From Thermoplasmatales archaeon (GTDB lineage: Archaea > Thermoplasmatota > Thermoplasmata > Thermoplasmatales > GCA-001856825), in contig DAHWMK010000018.1 in the NCBI GenBank assembly GCA_027343225.1, positions 4,868 through 68,867 of the forward strand: a DNA stretch of 64,000 nt, read 5' to 3'. Under the pieces are notes generated by a model. The model searched no databases and had not been told where the DNA came from. It saw only the letters and a program-made list of their open reading frames with translations. This document shows positions 10,369 to 19,894 of this stretch, piece after piece. Every line of letters starts with the position of its first letter. Positions within the stretch are counted from its first letter, which is position 1. The translations under genes were made by a program, and so were the position numbers.

Positions 10369-11799
10369 ATGGAGATAAAGTTTCCAAAAGGATTTATCTG
10401 GGGAACTGCAATTTCCGCATTTCAGACCGAAATGGGAAGCTCAGTTGAGAGTGATTATTCTGGCACGGACTGGTATGAATGGGCGAACAGCGAGGAAATT
10501 ATCAAGGAAAGGTTGGTATCTGGAGACAAGCCGCAGGATGGCGACGGGTTCTGGGATAATTATGAAGAGGATATGAAGAGGGCAAGGTCTCTGGGAAACA
10601 ACTCAATTAGGATGAGCATTGAGTGGGCCAGAATTTTCAATGACCCCACTTTTGATGTCGATGGAGGATTTAGGAGGAATGCAAACGGAGAACCTCTGAC
10701 ATTTACCGAGGCAAAAAATACTCTTGAAAAATTGAAATCTATGGCCGATAATGAAGTGATGAGTCACTATTCAAAAATGGTGGACTTTGCACACTCTATA
10801 GGGCTCAAGGTGTTCATGACTTTGTACCACTGGCCACTTCCATCCTGGCTGCATCAGCCGGTCAAATGTCACAAAGATATAGACACTGCGACTTCCAAAG
10901 GGTGGCTAGACATAAGAACGATCGAAGAGTTCGCAAAGTACGCATTCTTCATCTCCAAAACCATCGGGCCAAAGGTGGATTGCTGGGAGACAATAAATGA
11001 GCCGGAAGTAATTGCAATGAACGGATACTTGTCCGGACGCAGTTCAGGTTTCCCACCAGGGTTGGAGAGCATTCCATTGACTTTCAAGGTCGAAAGAAAT
11101 CTGGCTTTTGCCCACAATCTGGCTTACAAAATACTCAAGAAAAATACTAACAGGGAGACTGGCATCGGGACGGCCCCCCCATATTTCGAACCTGCAGGTG
11201 ATGATAAGAAGGATGCAGAGATGGCAGAAACTGCAAGATATCTGAACAATGAATGGATCCTCAATGCAGCAATTAAAGGGGAATTCGACAATAACCTTAG
11301 TGGAGTGCCAGACGAGAAGATTCCTGACTTCGGTCAAGCCGATTATGTGGGAATTGACTACTACACAAGGGTGAGGGTGAAATACTCCGAGAATGAACAG
11401 TATGCAGGAGTTCTGCCAATGAAGGTCCTTCCGTGTGAAGATTGCTCTGATTTCCAGTGGGACATTTACCCTGAGGGAATTAGGCGCGTTTCAAGATGGA
11501 TCTATGACAGGTACGGCAAACCGATATATATTCTGGAAAACGGAATAGCTGACGCAACGGACCAGAAGAGAGGGAGGTTCATTGCGGGACACTTAAACTC
11601 ACTGTCCCAGGCAATTTCTAAAGACAGGATTCCAGTCAAGGGATACTTTCACTGGTCCTTGTTTGACAACTTCGAGTGGGCTAGTGGCTACTCTATGAGG
11701 TTTGGGCTCTATTCAGTGGATTACAAAACAAAGGAAAGGGTGAAGAGGAAGTCCGCAGACGTGTACGAGAGAATTTGCAAGGGCCTCCCCATAGACTGA
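10369..11799 (+). CDS. Glycoside hydrolase family 1 (beta-glycosidase)
   Basis: FPKGFIWG, acid/base TINEP, nucleophile ILENG, WSLFDNFEW. Confidence 0.95.
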   Translation: MEIKFPKGFIWGTAISAFQTEMGSSVESDYSGTDWYEWANSEEIIKERLVSGDKPQDGDGFWDNYEEDMKRARSLGNNSIRMSIEWARIFNDPTFDVDGGFRRNANGEPLTFTEAKNTLEKLKSMADNEVMSHYSKMVDFAHSIGLKVFMTLYHWPLPSWLHQPVKCHKDIDTATSKGWLDIRTIEEFAKYAFFISKTIGPKVDCWETINEPEVIAMNGYLSGRSSGFPPGLESIPLTFKVERNLAFAHNLAYKILKKNTNRETGIGTAPPYFEPAGDDKKDAEMAETARYLNNEWILNAAIKGEFDNNLSGVPDEKIPDFGQADYVGIDYYTRVRVKYSENEQYAGVLPMKVLPCEDCSDFQWDIYPEGIRRVSRWIYDRYGKPIYILENGIADATDQKRGRFIAGHLNSLSQAISKDRIPVKGYFHWSLFDNFEWASGYSMRFGLYSVDYKTKERVKRKSADVYERICKGLPID

Positions 11800-11847
11800 C
11801 TTAAGGACAAGTACAAAGAAATTTAAGAAGAACCAGATTAAGTTGTT

Positions 11848-12816
11848 ATGCATTTGATGCTGGAAGAGATAGAGAGCGAGCCGGCAATCATAAGGGACTT
11901 CAAATCGAAAGAATTTGAAAACTTCGATCACATCACGAGCAATCTTGAACTATCCAGAATGGTTTACGTGGTAGGGAATGGAACCAGCTATCACGCAGCA
12001 CAATATCTATCAATTCTCCTGAATAGAAATGGCAAGAACTCTATTCCCATCCTTTCTAGTGAGGTAGGGAACTGGCTACCAGGAATGATACCGAATACTA
12101 CCTCCATCGTTTTCAGCCAGTCTGGAGACAGTATCGATGCCCTGAATTCCGCAGAGGAACTGAAACGGAAGGGTTCGATGGTTATTGGGATCACCAATAA
12201 CAGGGACGCTAAACTTAGAAAAATCGCAAACCTGATGCTGTACACAGACGCAGGAAATGAACGGTCAGTCGCTGCAACAAAATCTCTGATAGCACAGCTC
12301 TTTGTTGCCTTAAAAATATCCTACCATTCCAAGAAAAGCGAGTTTCTGGAAATTCTAAACGAGGCTGAAAAAAATACAGAGACAATAGTTACTGGAAAGA
12401 AGGTAATTCGAGAACTTGTGGGCCAGGCAAAGGGCAGAACTGTATTCCTTGGATCAGGATTGGCATACCCGATCGCACTGGAAACGACTTTGAAGTTGAT
12501 CGAAACGAGCAATGCGATTTCTTTTGCCTACGCTACGAGAGATTTCCTTCACGGCCCAAAACAGCTCTTGGACAGGAAATGGTCGGTATTCATGCTCTCT
12601 CCAGATCGGCTGGTCTTTCACGAGTTGGATTCCTATGCAAAAAGAGTTGTGGACGTTGATGAATTCCTGCAACAGAAATTCGGAGTGACTTCGGAGAATG
12701 AAGTTGTAAAGTCCATGCAATCCCTTCTTTTCGGTCAGTTACTGTCCTATTACACTTCTATCTCGTTAGGCCTCGATCCTGACAGGCCATCTAGGCTAAC
12801 GAAGGTTGTAAAATAA
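11848..12816 (+). CDS. SIS-domain sugar-phosphate isomerase/deaminase (GlmD-like glucosamine-6-P deaminase; GlmS isomerase half only)
   Basis: GNGTSYHA, SQSGDS, ERSVAATKS, FLHGP and C-terminal DPDRPSRLTKVV. No glutaminase domain. Confidence 0.85.
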   Translation: MHLMLEEIESEPAIIRDFKSKEFENFDHITSNLELSRMVYVVGNGTSYHAAQYLSILLNRNGKNSIPILSSEVGNWLPGMIPNTTSIVFSQSGDSIDALNSAEELKRKGSMVIGITNNRDAKLRKIANLMLYTDAGNERSVAATKSLIAQLFVALKISYHSKKSEFLEILNEAEKNTETIVTGKKVIRELVGQAKGRTVFLGSGLAYPIALETTLKLIETSNAISFAYATRDFLHGPKQLLDRKWSVFMLSPDRLVFHELDSYAKRVVDVDEFLQQKFGVTSENEVVKSMQSLLFGQLLSYYTSISLGLDPDRPSRLTKVVK

Positions 12817-12873
12817 GCATGAATGGAGCACTGCCTCAAGAAAGCTTTTAAGAGTCTATAGAATATAATATTT

Positions 12874-13860
12874 GTGCGATTTATTGCCGTCCAGTTCAAG
12901 ATTGACAGGGACGATTTCAATGGAGGGTTTCCAATTCACGTGAGGAAGTTTTACGAAAACACCAGACCAGGAGACTTTATAATTTTTCCAGAGGACATCG
13001 GTCTCCTGACCGCTTTTTCTGGTTTGAATGCCCAGTCCACTACCGAAGCAATGCAGGTACTTTACTCAAAGAATCAGAATAAGATCGATTTTATCAACGG
13101 GGAAGGAAATATCCAGAATTTCGTTTCTTCAATCTTTCTTGCCCTCACAGATACTTTTGTTCGTGATTTTTATAATCTGTTCAGCTCATTGTCAAGAGAA
13201 TACTCGGTCTACACTCTTGCGTGCAACAACATGTCAAGATTCTCAAAGCGAGGCGGAGAATGGGATTTTTTAGAAACGAAAGTATTCAATACTGCTTTCG
13301 TGTTTGATTCCAGTGGAGAGCTTAGGTTCAGCCAAGACAAGGTCTTTTTGACACCCATGGAGTTTGATCTTGGTATATCGGGTGGTGACATCTCCTCGGT
13401 ATCTACTTTCGATGTAGGTGGCAAGAGAGTAGGTATTGCTATCAGTCTTGATGCCTTCGTGCCAAGATATATATCTAGATTGGAAGAAGCAGATATGATA
13501 ATCCAACCAGACGCTAATCCGGTGAAATGGAATTCAACCTTAAGCAATGGAAGGTGGCAACCGGAAGAATGGATGGACTCTGCCTACTACATAGCCCAGA
13601 GAATGGATAGGGTCAGGAACGTAATCAATCCAATGATGGTTGGAGACCTGCTAGACATTAGATTTGAAGGACAGAGTAGTATAACTAAGAAGGCAGAGGA
13701 AGGAGACGAAAGGATGGGCTATGTTGGTAACATTCCCTCTTCTGGTTTTCATTCTGTCTTTGGCATTCAGGGATATGACACGCACGAATACGTGAATAGG
13801 GAAAGCGTTTCCGGCAAGTCCCTTGCATATGAGGAGGGGATTTTAGAAATTGAGTTATGA
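12874..13860 (+). CDS. Carbon-nitrogen hydrolase (nitrilase superfamily) protein
   Basis: IAVQF, IIFPED (Glu), FNTAFVFD..G, QDKVFL (Lys) and GIAISLDAF at the nucleophile position. Confidence 0.8.
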   Translation: MRFIAVQFKIDRDDFNGGFPIHVRKFYENTRPGDFIIFPEDIGLLTAFSGLNAQSTTEAMQVLYSKNQNKIDFINGEGNIQNFVSSIFLALTDTFVRDFYNLFSSLSREYSVYTLACNNMSRFSKRGGEWDFLETKVFNTAFVFDSSGELRFSQDKVFLTPMEFDLGISGGDISSVSTFDVGGKRVGIAISLDAFVPRYISRLEEADMIIQPDANPVKWNSTLSNGRWQPEEWMDSAYYIAQRMDRVRNVINPMMVGDLLDIRFEGQSSITKKAEEGDERMGYVGNIPSSGFHSVFGIQGYDTHEYVNRESVSGKSLAYEEGILEIEL

Positions 13861-15448
13861 CGATTCCAGAAAGATGGTGATAACGTCTCCTACCACTGTC
13901 GACCAACAGAATTACAGAGTGACTGCCAATTACTATCTCTCCATCATTCTCAAAGGGGAAGCTCTGGAGATTTGTTTTCCAGTTAATAGCGGGTCTACCT
14001 TGGTATGTTTCAAGGTTCGAGGATTGATTTCTGAAAATAATTTTCAGGGACATGGGTGGATTGAGAACTGTTCCAAAGAGAAAGACGTAAGCATAATCGT
14101 TCCACCTCACAGACCGGGTTTCTACCTCGGGACAACAATCAAGGGCAAACTCAGCGTGGAGGCGTACTCGAAGATATTCTGGGAAGTGCCAATTCCTGTG
14201 AGCAGCATCAACACCAATTGGTCAAATGCTCCAGTTTACTACTCTTCCGTCGGTAGCTGTAAACCGTCGATAGCCATTAAGGAAACAGAAGACGGTTGTT
14301 TCATAGGTCTGGGTGATACTCCTGACAGGGCAGTGCTGAATTCAATTCACCTATCTAGGGTTGGTGAAAAGAATCTAGAAAAAGAGTGCAATGACTTCAT
14401 GCAAAGGTTCAACGGGATCGAAAGTAAGATGTTAAGAGACAACATATTCATGGCGATCTTCAATTCAAATTCGGCTTTCATTGACACTGAGGACAACTGC
14501 ATTATGGCATCAAAGAGCCCAAAGTATTACGTGTCCGGAGGATTCTGGGCTAGAGACTTCATTTTCTGGACACTGCCTGTAATTGAGAGGTTCGATCAGG
14601 AAAGAGCAAAGGTTCTTTTGTCATTGTTGCTAACGAAATACTGGAAGCACAGGGGCATCCACTCCCTCTACTTGGACGGACGGGTATTGTATGATGGGTT
14701 CGAACTGGATCAGCTTTCTTATTACTTCCTTGCGCTTGAGAGAGCCATATCTCTAAAAATTCTTGATCCTGAGGAGTCCCTGACAATGGCGAGTCAGCTG
14801 ATGGACCTGTTAATCCCCTGGAAGAACTATGGGTACTACCTATTCGGTACCGAACTGAATAGTTCGGACGATCCAGTGATTTATCCCTACGTAACCTTCG
14901 ATAATGTGGCCCTGTGGTACTCCATGCGGACCTATGGCTATAAAGTGAAGGAACTCTTACTTGACAGAACCTACTTAGAGTTCTCCGATAAGATAAGGGA
15001 GGACGTAATGAATGAGTTTGTCAGTGAGGACATGTTCTGCTACTCATCAGACCTCAAGGGTCGTTACGAGTTCTATGACGACCCTACGGGTTCCCTATTG
15101 CTTCTTCCCTATCTTGGGTTTATCGAAAAAGAGTCGAAGGTGTTCAAGAACACTTTGAAGTGGATAAAATCGAGCAGCAATGAATTCGAGATTAGGGGCA
15201 ATTTCAACGGTTTAGGGAACAGACACGTAAAGCATCCATGGATTCATTCCCATGCCAGTCAAATACTGTCTGGTATTGCCGACGAGTCGATTCTCAGGGA
15301 CATTACGATGGACGATGGGCTCAGTTGCGAGACGATAGATCAGGAAAGTGGAAGATGTCTGACAGGGATTCACTTTCCAGGGTCCTCTGGATTTCTAGTT
15401 CAAGCGCTGCTCTTCAAGTCAGAAAAAGATCGGATTAGAAAAACTTAG
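13850..15448 (+). CDS. (alpha/alpha)6-barrel glycoside hydrolase, GH125-like
   Basis: WARD, GFELDQL, SDDP..YPY and GSLLLLPYLGF motifs. Overlaps the upstream gene. Confidence 0.65.
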   Translation: MSYDDSRKMVITSPTTVDQQNYRVTANYYLSIILKGEALEICFPVNSGSTLVCFKVRGLISENNFQGHGWIENCSKEKDVSIIVPPHRPGFYLGTTIKGKLSVEAYSKIFWEVPIPVSSINTNWSNAPVYYSSVGSCKPSIAIKETEDGCFIGLGDTPDRAVLNSIHLSRVGEKNLEKECNDFMQRFNGIESKMLRDNIFMAIFNSNSAFIDTEDNCIMASKSPKYYVSGGFWARDFIFWTLPVIERFDQERAKVLLSLLLTKYWKHRGIHSLYLDGRVLYDGFELDQLSYYFLALERAISLKILDPEESLTMASQLMDLLIPWKNYGYYLFGTELNSSDDPVIYPYVTFDNVALWYSMRTYGYKVKELLLDRTYLEFSDKIREDVMNEFVSEDMFCYSSDLKGRYEFYDDPTGSLLLLPYLGFIEKESKVFKNTLKWIKSSSNEFEIRGNFNGLGNRHVKHPWIHSHASQILSGIADESILRDITMDDGLSCETIDQESGRCLTGIHFPGSSGFLVQALLFKSEKDRIRKT

Positions 15449-16333
15449 AGGTTCTTCACCTTCCCAGAGCTCAACCCTCACAAAAATCTGTTGCTCTTTG
15501 TTCTTTAGTGTTCCGTGCTTTGCAGGATTATTTATGATTTCATTATGATCCCCTGAAATCACTTTCATTGTCAACGATTCTCTGAAATTCTCTATCCGAT
15601 AAGTCGTTTTATCTGAAAGGAAGATGACGGGACACTTTGTATCCCTAGCTATTGAGAAATTTCCATTTTTGAGTTTAGCGAGGAGCGACTGTCTGGAATC
15701 TGTGTCAATGAATGCAAGGACTTGTGAGTCAATACTGAAGAGATGATTAACATGAAAATCACTACCCGCCAGACACCAAATTTTAAAACCTCGAGAGAGC
15801 AAATTCTGCCAAAGATCGAGTGCCTTCTGATTCTCCTCACACCATTTACCATTCCAGATTTCGATAGCATCAGCTAGTTCGTAACTTTCCTCTCCCCACG
15901 TCCACCGGTCTTTCTTAAAGGGATGGTTTATTGAAACAAAGGCCCCCTGCCCCTTTGCGACCGTCACTGCACTCTTAAAATCTCTTGGCTTGACTGGTTC
16001 TATTCCCTTAAAGTAACCGCATTCGGGATCCACGGATTCATCTATACCTATAAAATTAGAGTGACCTTTCTTTTGCCCCCACTCTTCTCCTGAGATAAGA
16101 AATTCTTCACTCCCTAAGATGTCTAAAGCACGATTGTGATCTGTAACAATGATATACTTAACACCCTTCTTTCGTGCCAGTTTCAGGAGTCCTTGTGGAT
16201 TTTTCATGATGACTCTCATAAACTGACGCTCAACGGGCCATATTACTCTGTGAAAGACACCTTCTCCACTCAGTTTATTGATAGAAAAGCTAGAGTGACA
16301 ATGTGCTTGTGCGTAAACGACGTTTACAGACAT
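15419..16333 (-). CDS. PHP-domain metallohydrolase (CehA/McbA-like)
   Basis: HCHS, TDHN, GEE..GH, NHP, IEIWNG and GSDFH metal ligands. Confidence 0.85.
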   Translation of the reverse strand: MSVNVVYAQAHCHSSFSINKLSGEGVFHRVIWPVERQFMRVIMKNPQGLLKLARKKGVKYIIVTDHNRALDILGSEEFLISGEEWGQKKGHSNFIGIDESVDPECGYFKGIEPVKPRDFKSAVTVAKGQGAFVSINHPFKKDRWTWGEESYELADAIEIWNGKWCEENQKALDLWQNLLSRGFKIWCLAGSDFHVNHLFSIDSQVLAFIDTDSRQSLLAKLKNGNFSIARDTKCPVIFLSDKTTYRIENFRESLTMKVISGDHNEIINNPAKHGTLKNKEQQIFVRVELWEGEEPLSFSNPIFF

Positions 16334-16637
16334 TGCAGAGAATAATCTCTTGCTTCGACTTAATCTCTCGTAATAATTGAGTACTGATTCTGCTGGATTT
16401 CTCCTGAATTCGCAAGTAGTGAGACAGCATCACGAAATACATTTTCCGGAATTGCCATCTGTCAGTTGGTAACTTCTTGAAGTTTCTAACAAAATTCGAT
16501 CCATCCCTATTGAATTTTAGTCTGAGATCATTTAATGACCTTCGAAAGAGGAGAGGGTGCATCATTAAAGCTGTGGACCTTACTCAATAAGCAAAGCATT
16601 TATTATGACCAAGTGGTTCTTAATCTGAGCTGTTGGA

Positions 16638-18008
16638 ATGTCACTGAAGATTGCAGTTCTAGGGGCCGGAAGCCTGTTCTGGAGCTCGACTATCATTCAC
16701 GACCTTTGCTTGATTCCGGAGATGAAAGGGAGTACGATAGCTCTGATGGACATTGACAGGAACCGCCTCGATGCGATTTACAGATTTGCCAGAAGATATT
16801 CTTCCGAGGTAAAATTCGACATAAAATTTCTCAAAACTATGGACAGAAAAAATGCTATCAGGGATTCAGACTACGTGATCAATACTGCGATGGTTGGGGG
16901 ACACAAGTACTATGAAAAGATGAGGGCCATATCAGAGAAGAACGGTTACTTTAGAGGCATCAACAGCGTAGAATGGAACATGGTCTCAGACTATCACACA
17001 ATCTGGGGATATTACCAATTCCAACTTGCAATGGACATTGCGAGGGATGTGGAAGAGTTGAGCCCGCAATCGTGGCTTTTGCAGCTTTCCAATCCTGTCC
17101 TTGAGCTCACTACTCTACTTGGCAGAACGTTCGGGATAAAGTCTGTAGGTATATGTCACGGCCACCTGGACTACAGGGACATTGTTGGTTCTGTCGGACT
17201 CAATAGGGATGAGACAGAGGCCGAGTCAATAGGTCTCAATCACACAATATGGATGACAAAATTCAAGAACGGAAGTGAAGACGCCTATCCAACTCTTCGA
17301 GAGTGGATAGACAAAAGCTATTCTTCCTTTTACAGAGGATGGTTTATGGCCTCGAGGACAAATCCACTAAGCGTCCAGATGTCCCCCGCAATGGTGGATA
17401 TGTACAACGAGTATGGGATTGTTCCGATTGGAGACACGGTCAGAAGTGGCACCTGGAAATATCATAGGAATCAGAGAACGAAAGTAAAGTGGTATGGTGC
17501 AATGGGCGGTTTTGATTCTGCAGCTGGGTGGAAATTCTACCTGGATATGGAGGAGAGGAACATGAATATGATAAACAACGCAATGGCAAATTCTGAACCT
17601 CTTTCTTACCTCTTTCCATCTGGCCTGAGTGATGAGCCTGTAGTCCCCATAATCAATGCACTGGCAAACGATGTTAAGGGCACCTATCAGGTTAACTTGC
17701 TCAATAATGGATCGATCGAAGGGATACACGACAACGTCGCTGTAGAGACTCCTTCCGTAATTGATGGAAGGGGTATTCACAGGGATGTTGGAAGAAAACT
17801 TCCGAGAAAGGTAATGAATTTTTCGATACTCCCGAGAATTCAGAGAATGGAATGGGCTCTTGAGGCGTTCACCGAAGGTGGAAAGGAAATACTTTTAGAA
17901 TGGTTAATTGCAGATCCCCGCACCAGAACCAACAAGCAAGCAGAAAGGGTCATTGACAATCTTCTTGCAATTGACGAAAACAGGATTATGGCCAAACACT
18001 TCCGCTGA
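16638..18008 (+). CDS. Glycoside hydrolase family 4 (NAD+/Mn2+-dependent alpha-glycosidase)
   Basis: KIAVLGAGS, LMDID, SNP, GICHG, GLNH and VETP. Confidence 0.93.
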   Translation: MSLKIAVLGAGSLFWSSTIIHDLCLIPEMKGSTIALMDIDRNRLDAIYRFARRYSSEVKFDIKFLKTMDRKNAIRDSDYVINTAMVGGHKYYEKMRAISEKNGYFRGINSVEWNMVSDYHTIWGYYQFQLAMDIARDVEELSPQSWLLQLSNPVLELTTLLGRTFGIKSVGICHGHLDYRDIVGSVGLNRDETEAESIGLNHTIWMTKFKNGSEDAYPTLREWIDKSYSSFYRGWFMASRTNPLSVQMSPAMVDMYNEYGIVPIGDTVRSGTWKYHRNQRTKVKWYGAMGGFDSAAGWKFYLDMEERNMNMINNAMANSEPLSYLFPSGLSDEPVVPIINALANDVKGTYQVNLLNNGSIEGIHDNVAVETPSVIDGRGIHRDVGRKLPRKVMNFSILPRIQRMEWALEAFTEGGKEILLEWLIADPRTRTNKQAERVIDNLLAIDENRIMAKHFR

Positions 18009-18011
18009 TTC

Positions 18012-18353
18012 TTACGCAAGTACTTTAAATTCAGTTTCGAATGATGTCCAGAGAGGCCAGTTGACTTTTATGATTACTCTTATCTTATGATTTCCCTTAC
18101 CAATAGGCTCTTTCAGCTTCGTCCTTATAGTTATCGACTCACCCATTAGAATGTCCAGGTCCATGTTCTGCTTAATGTCCTTGAACTCTCCTTCCTTGAT
18201 ACTTATAGCGCTTCCACTCGTGATTTCTTCACCGTCAAGAAACACAGAAGGCGATAAATTCACCCTCGCAGATCCTTCCATATTCTTGATCTTGAATTCT
18301 ATAGTCTTACCATCGATCTTTCTAAAACTGTCTTTCAGATACTGTACCGGCAT
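18012..18353 (-). CDS. Hypothetical protein, small and beta-rich
   Basis: ORF with GGTGA 5 nt before the ATG at 18353. Alternating hydrophobic pattern; no family recognised. Confidence 0.65.
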   Translation of the reverse strand: MPVQYLKDSFRKIDGKTIEFKIKNMEGSARVNLSPSVFLDGEEITSGSAISIKEGEFKDIKQNMDLDILMGESITIRTKLKEPIGKGNHKIRVIIKVNWPLWTSFETEFKVLA

Positions 18354-18485
18354 GTGACTCACCCATTGTAACTTCTTACCTTATATGAGCATTTTCAATT
18401 TGATTACGATTTAATGCTACTTCATCTGTTTAGAGTCCATTAATTTAAGATGAAATTTTATAAAAATATTAATAACATCCAAAAA

Positions 18486-19793
18486 ATGTACAAGGGAATG
18501 GTTAAGAGCAAGTACAGGTGGGGTGTCGTTACCGTATTGTCACTTTTTCTCATGATTCAGGCCGCAGATACCTACATAATATCCGCAGTTGAACCACAGC
18601 TCATTCAGGAATACCACGTGACGGATGCAATATTAGGTCTGCTTGTAACATCCACCCTCATAGTTGGGACGATCCTTTATCCGTTCTGGGGTTATTTGTA
18701 CGACAAATACTCCAGAAAAATTCTTACTGTCTTTATGGCAATCATTCTAGGGGCAACGACTTGGATCAACGGCCTATCAAGAGTCTTTTCTCAGTTGTTC
18801 GTTACCAGGATACTGACTGGCATAGGTTATCCCCTTCCATCTGGTGCTTTTACTCTGACCGCAGATTATTTTGAACCCAAGAGCAGAGGAAAAGCAATGG
18901 GTGTCATCAACGCAGCAAGCCCAATAGGGTACCTTCTGGGCATCGTCATTCCTCTGACCGTAATAGGCGCTGGACTAAGCTGGAGATACTCCTTCTACAT
19001 TACTGCAGGCCTCAGCCTCGCTGTTGGAGCTTTGATATACTTTTTCGTCAAAGAGATACCGAGGGGATCATCCGAGCCAGAGTTAGCAGGTAAAGTAGCC
19101 TCAGATGTTTACAAAGTCAAGTTGGCGGATCTTAAGAAAATACTTAGTAACAGGTCGCTTCTTCTTCTGTTTACTCAGGGACTGTTCGGTACAATACCGT
19201 GGACTGCAATCAGCTTCTGGATTATCACTTATATGTCAATAGTCAGAAAGATACCGTCATTCACGATCACTCTGGTGTTGCTAATTTGGATTGTCGCAAT
19301 GGTTGCAGGCAATATAGTTTCTGGGTACTTGAGCGACTTCCTGTTCAAGCGGATTCCCAGCGGAAGGGCGATTCTGGGGACGATAGTAGTTTTCCTGTCG
19401 GCAGTGCTGATATATCTCACAATCTATTCTCCAACTGACGAACGCTTCTATGTCCTTGGAATCCTTACTGCTTTCGTGCTACCCATGGCCGGACCCAGCG
19501 TCAACGCAGCAGTGATGGACATAATAGAACCCGAACTTAGGGGTAGCGCAACAGCCTATCTCAATTTCTTTGCAAGCGTTGGAAGTGCATTCGGTCCCGG
19601 AATAGTTGGAGTAATCGCAACTGCAATTTCTCTGCAGTTTGCAATAACAGTGGTCAGCTCGGTGACGTGGATATTCTGTGGAATCGTGTTTACATTACTG
19701 ATATTCGTGATTCCAAAAGATATAGCCAAATTTAAGGAGATTATGAAGATAAGAGGAGAACAACTGAATAATTCTCTAGAAGGCAGGATATAA
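18486..19793 (+). CDS. MFS transporter (start 18486 or 18498)
   Basis: About 12 TM helices; motif A WGYLYDKYSRK, ADYFEPKSRGKAMG and PELRGSA. Confidence 0.9.
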   Translation: MYKGMVKSKYRWGVVTVLSLFLMIQAADTYIISAVEPQLIQEYHVTDAILGLLVTSTLIVGTILYPFWGYLYDKYSRKILTVFMAIILGATTWINGLSRVFSQLFVTRILTGIGYPLPSGAFTLTADYFEPKSRGKAMGVINAASPIGYLLGIVIPLTVIGAGLSWRYSFYITAGLSLAVGALIYFFVKEIPRGSSEPELAGKVASDVYKVKLADLKKILSNRSLLLLFTQGLFGTIPWTAISFWIITYMSIVRKIPSFTITLVLLIWIVAMVAGNIVSGYLSDFLFKRIPSGRAILGTIVVFLSAVLIYLTIYSPTDERFYVLGILTAFVLPMAGPSVNAAVMDIIEPELRGSATAYLNFFASVGSAFGPGIVGVIATAISLQFAITVVSSVTWIFCGIVFTLLIFVIPKDIAKFKEIMKIRGEQLNNSLEGRI

Positions 19794-19894
19794 CTATTTT
19801 TGACCTGTCATTTCCCTTGCAATCCAGAGCGATCAGTCTCCAAGCTCCCAACTTGAAAAAGAATTAATTATGCAAAGAGGATTATATTGCTTAG

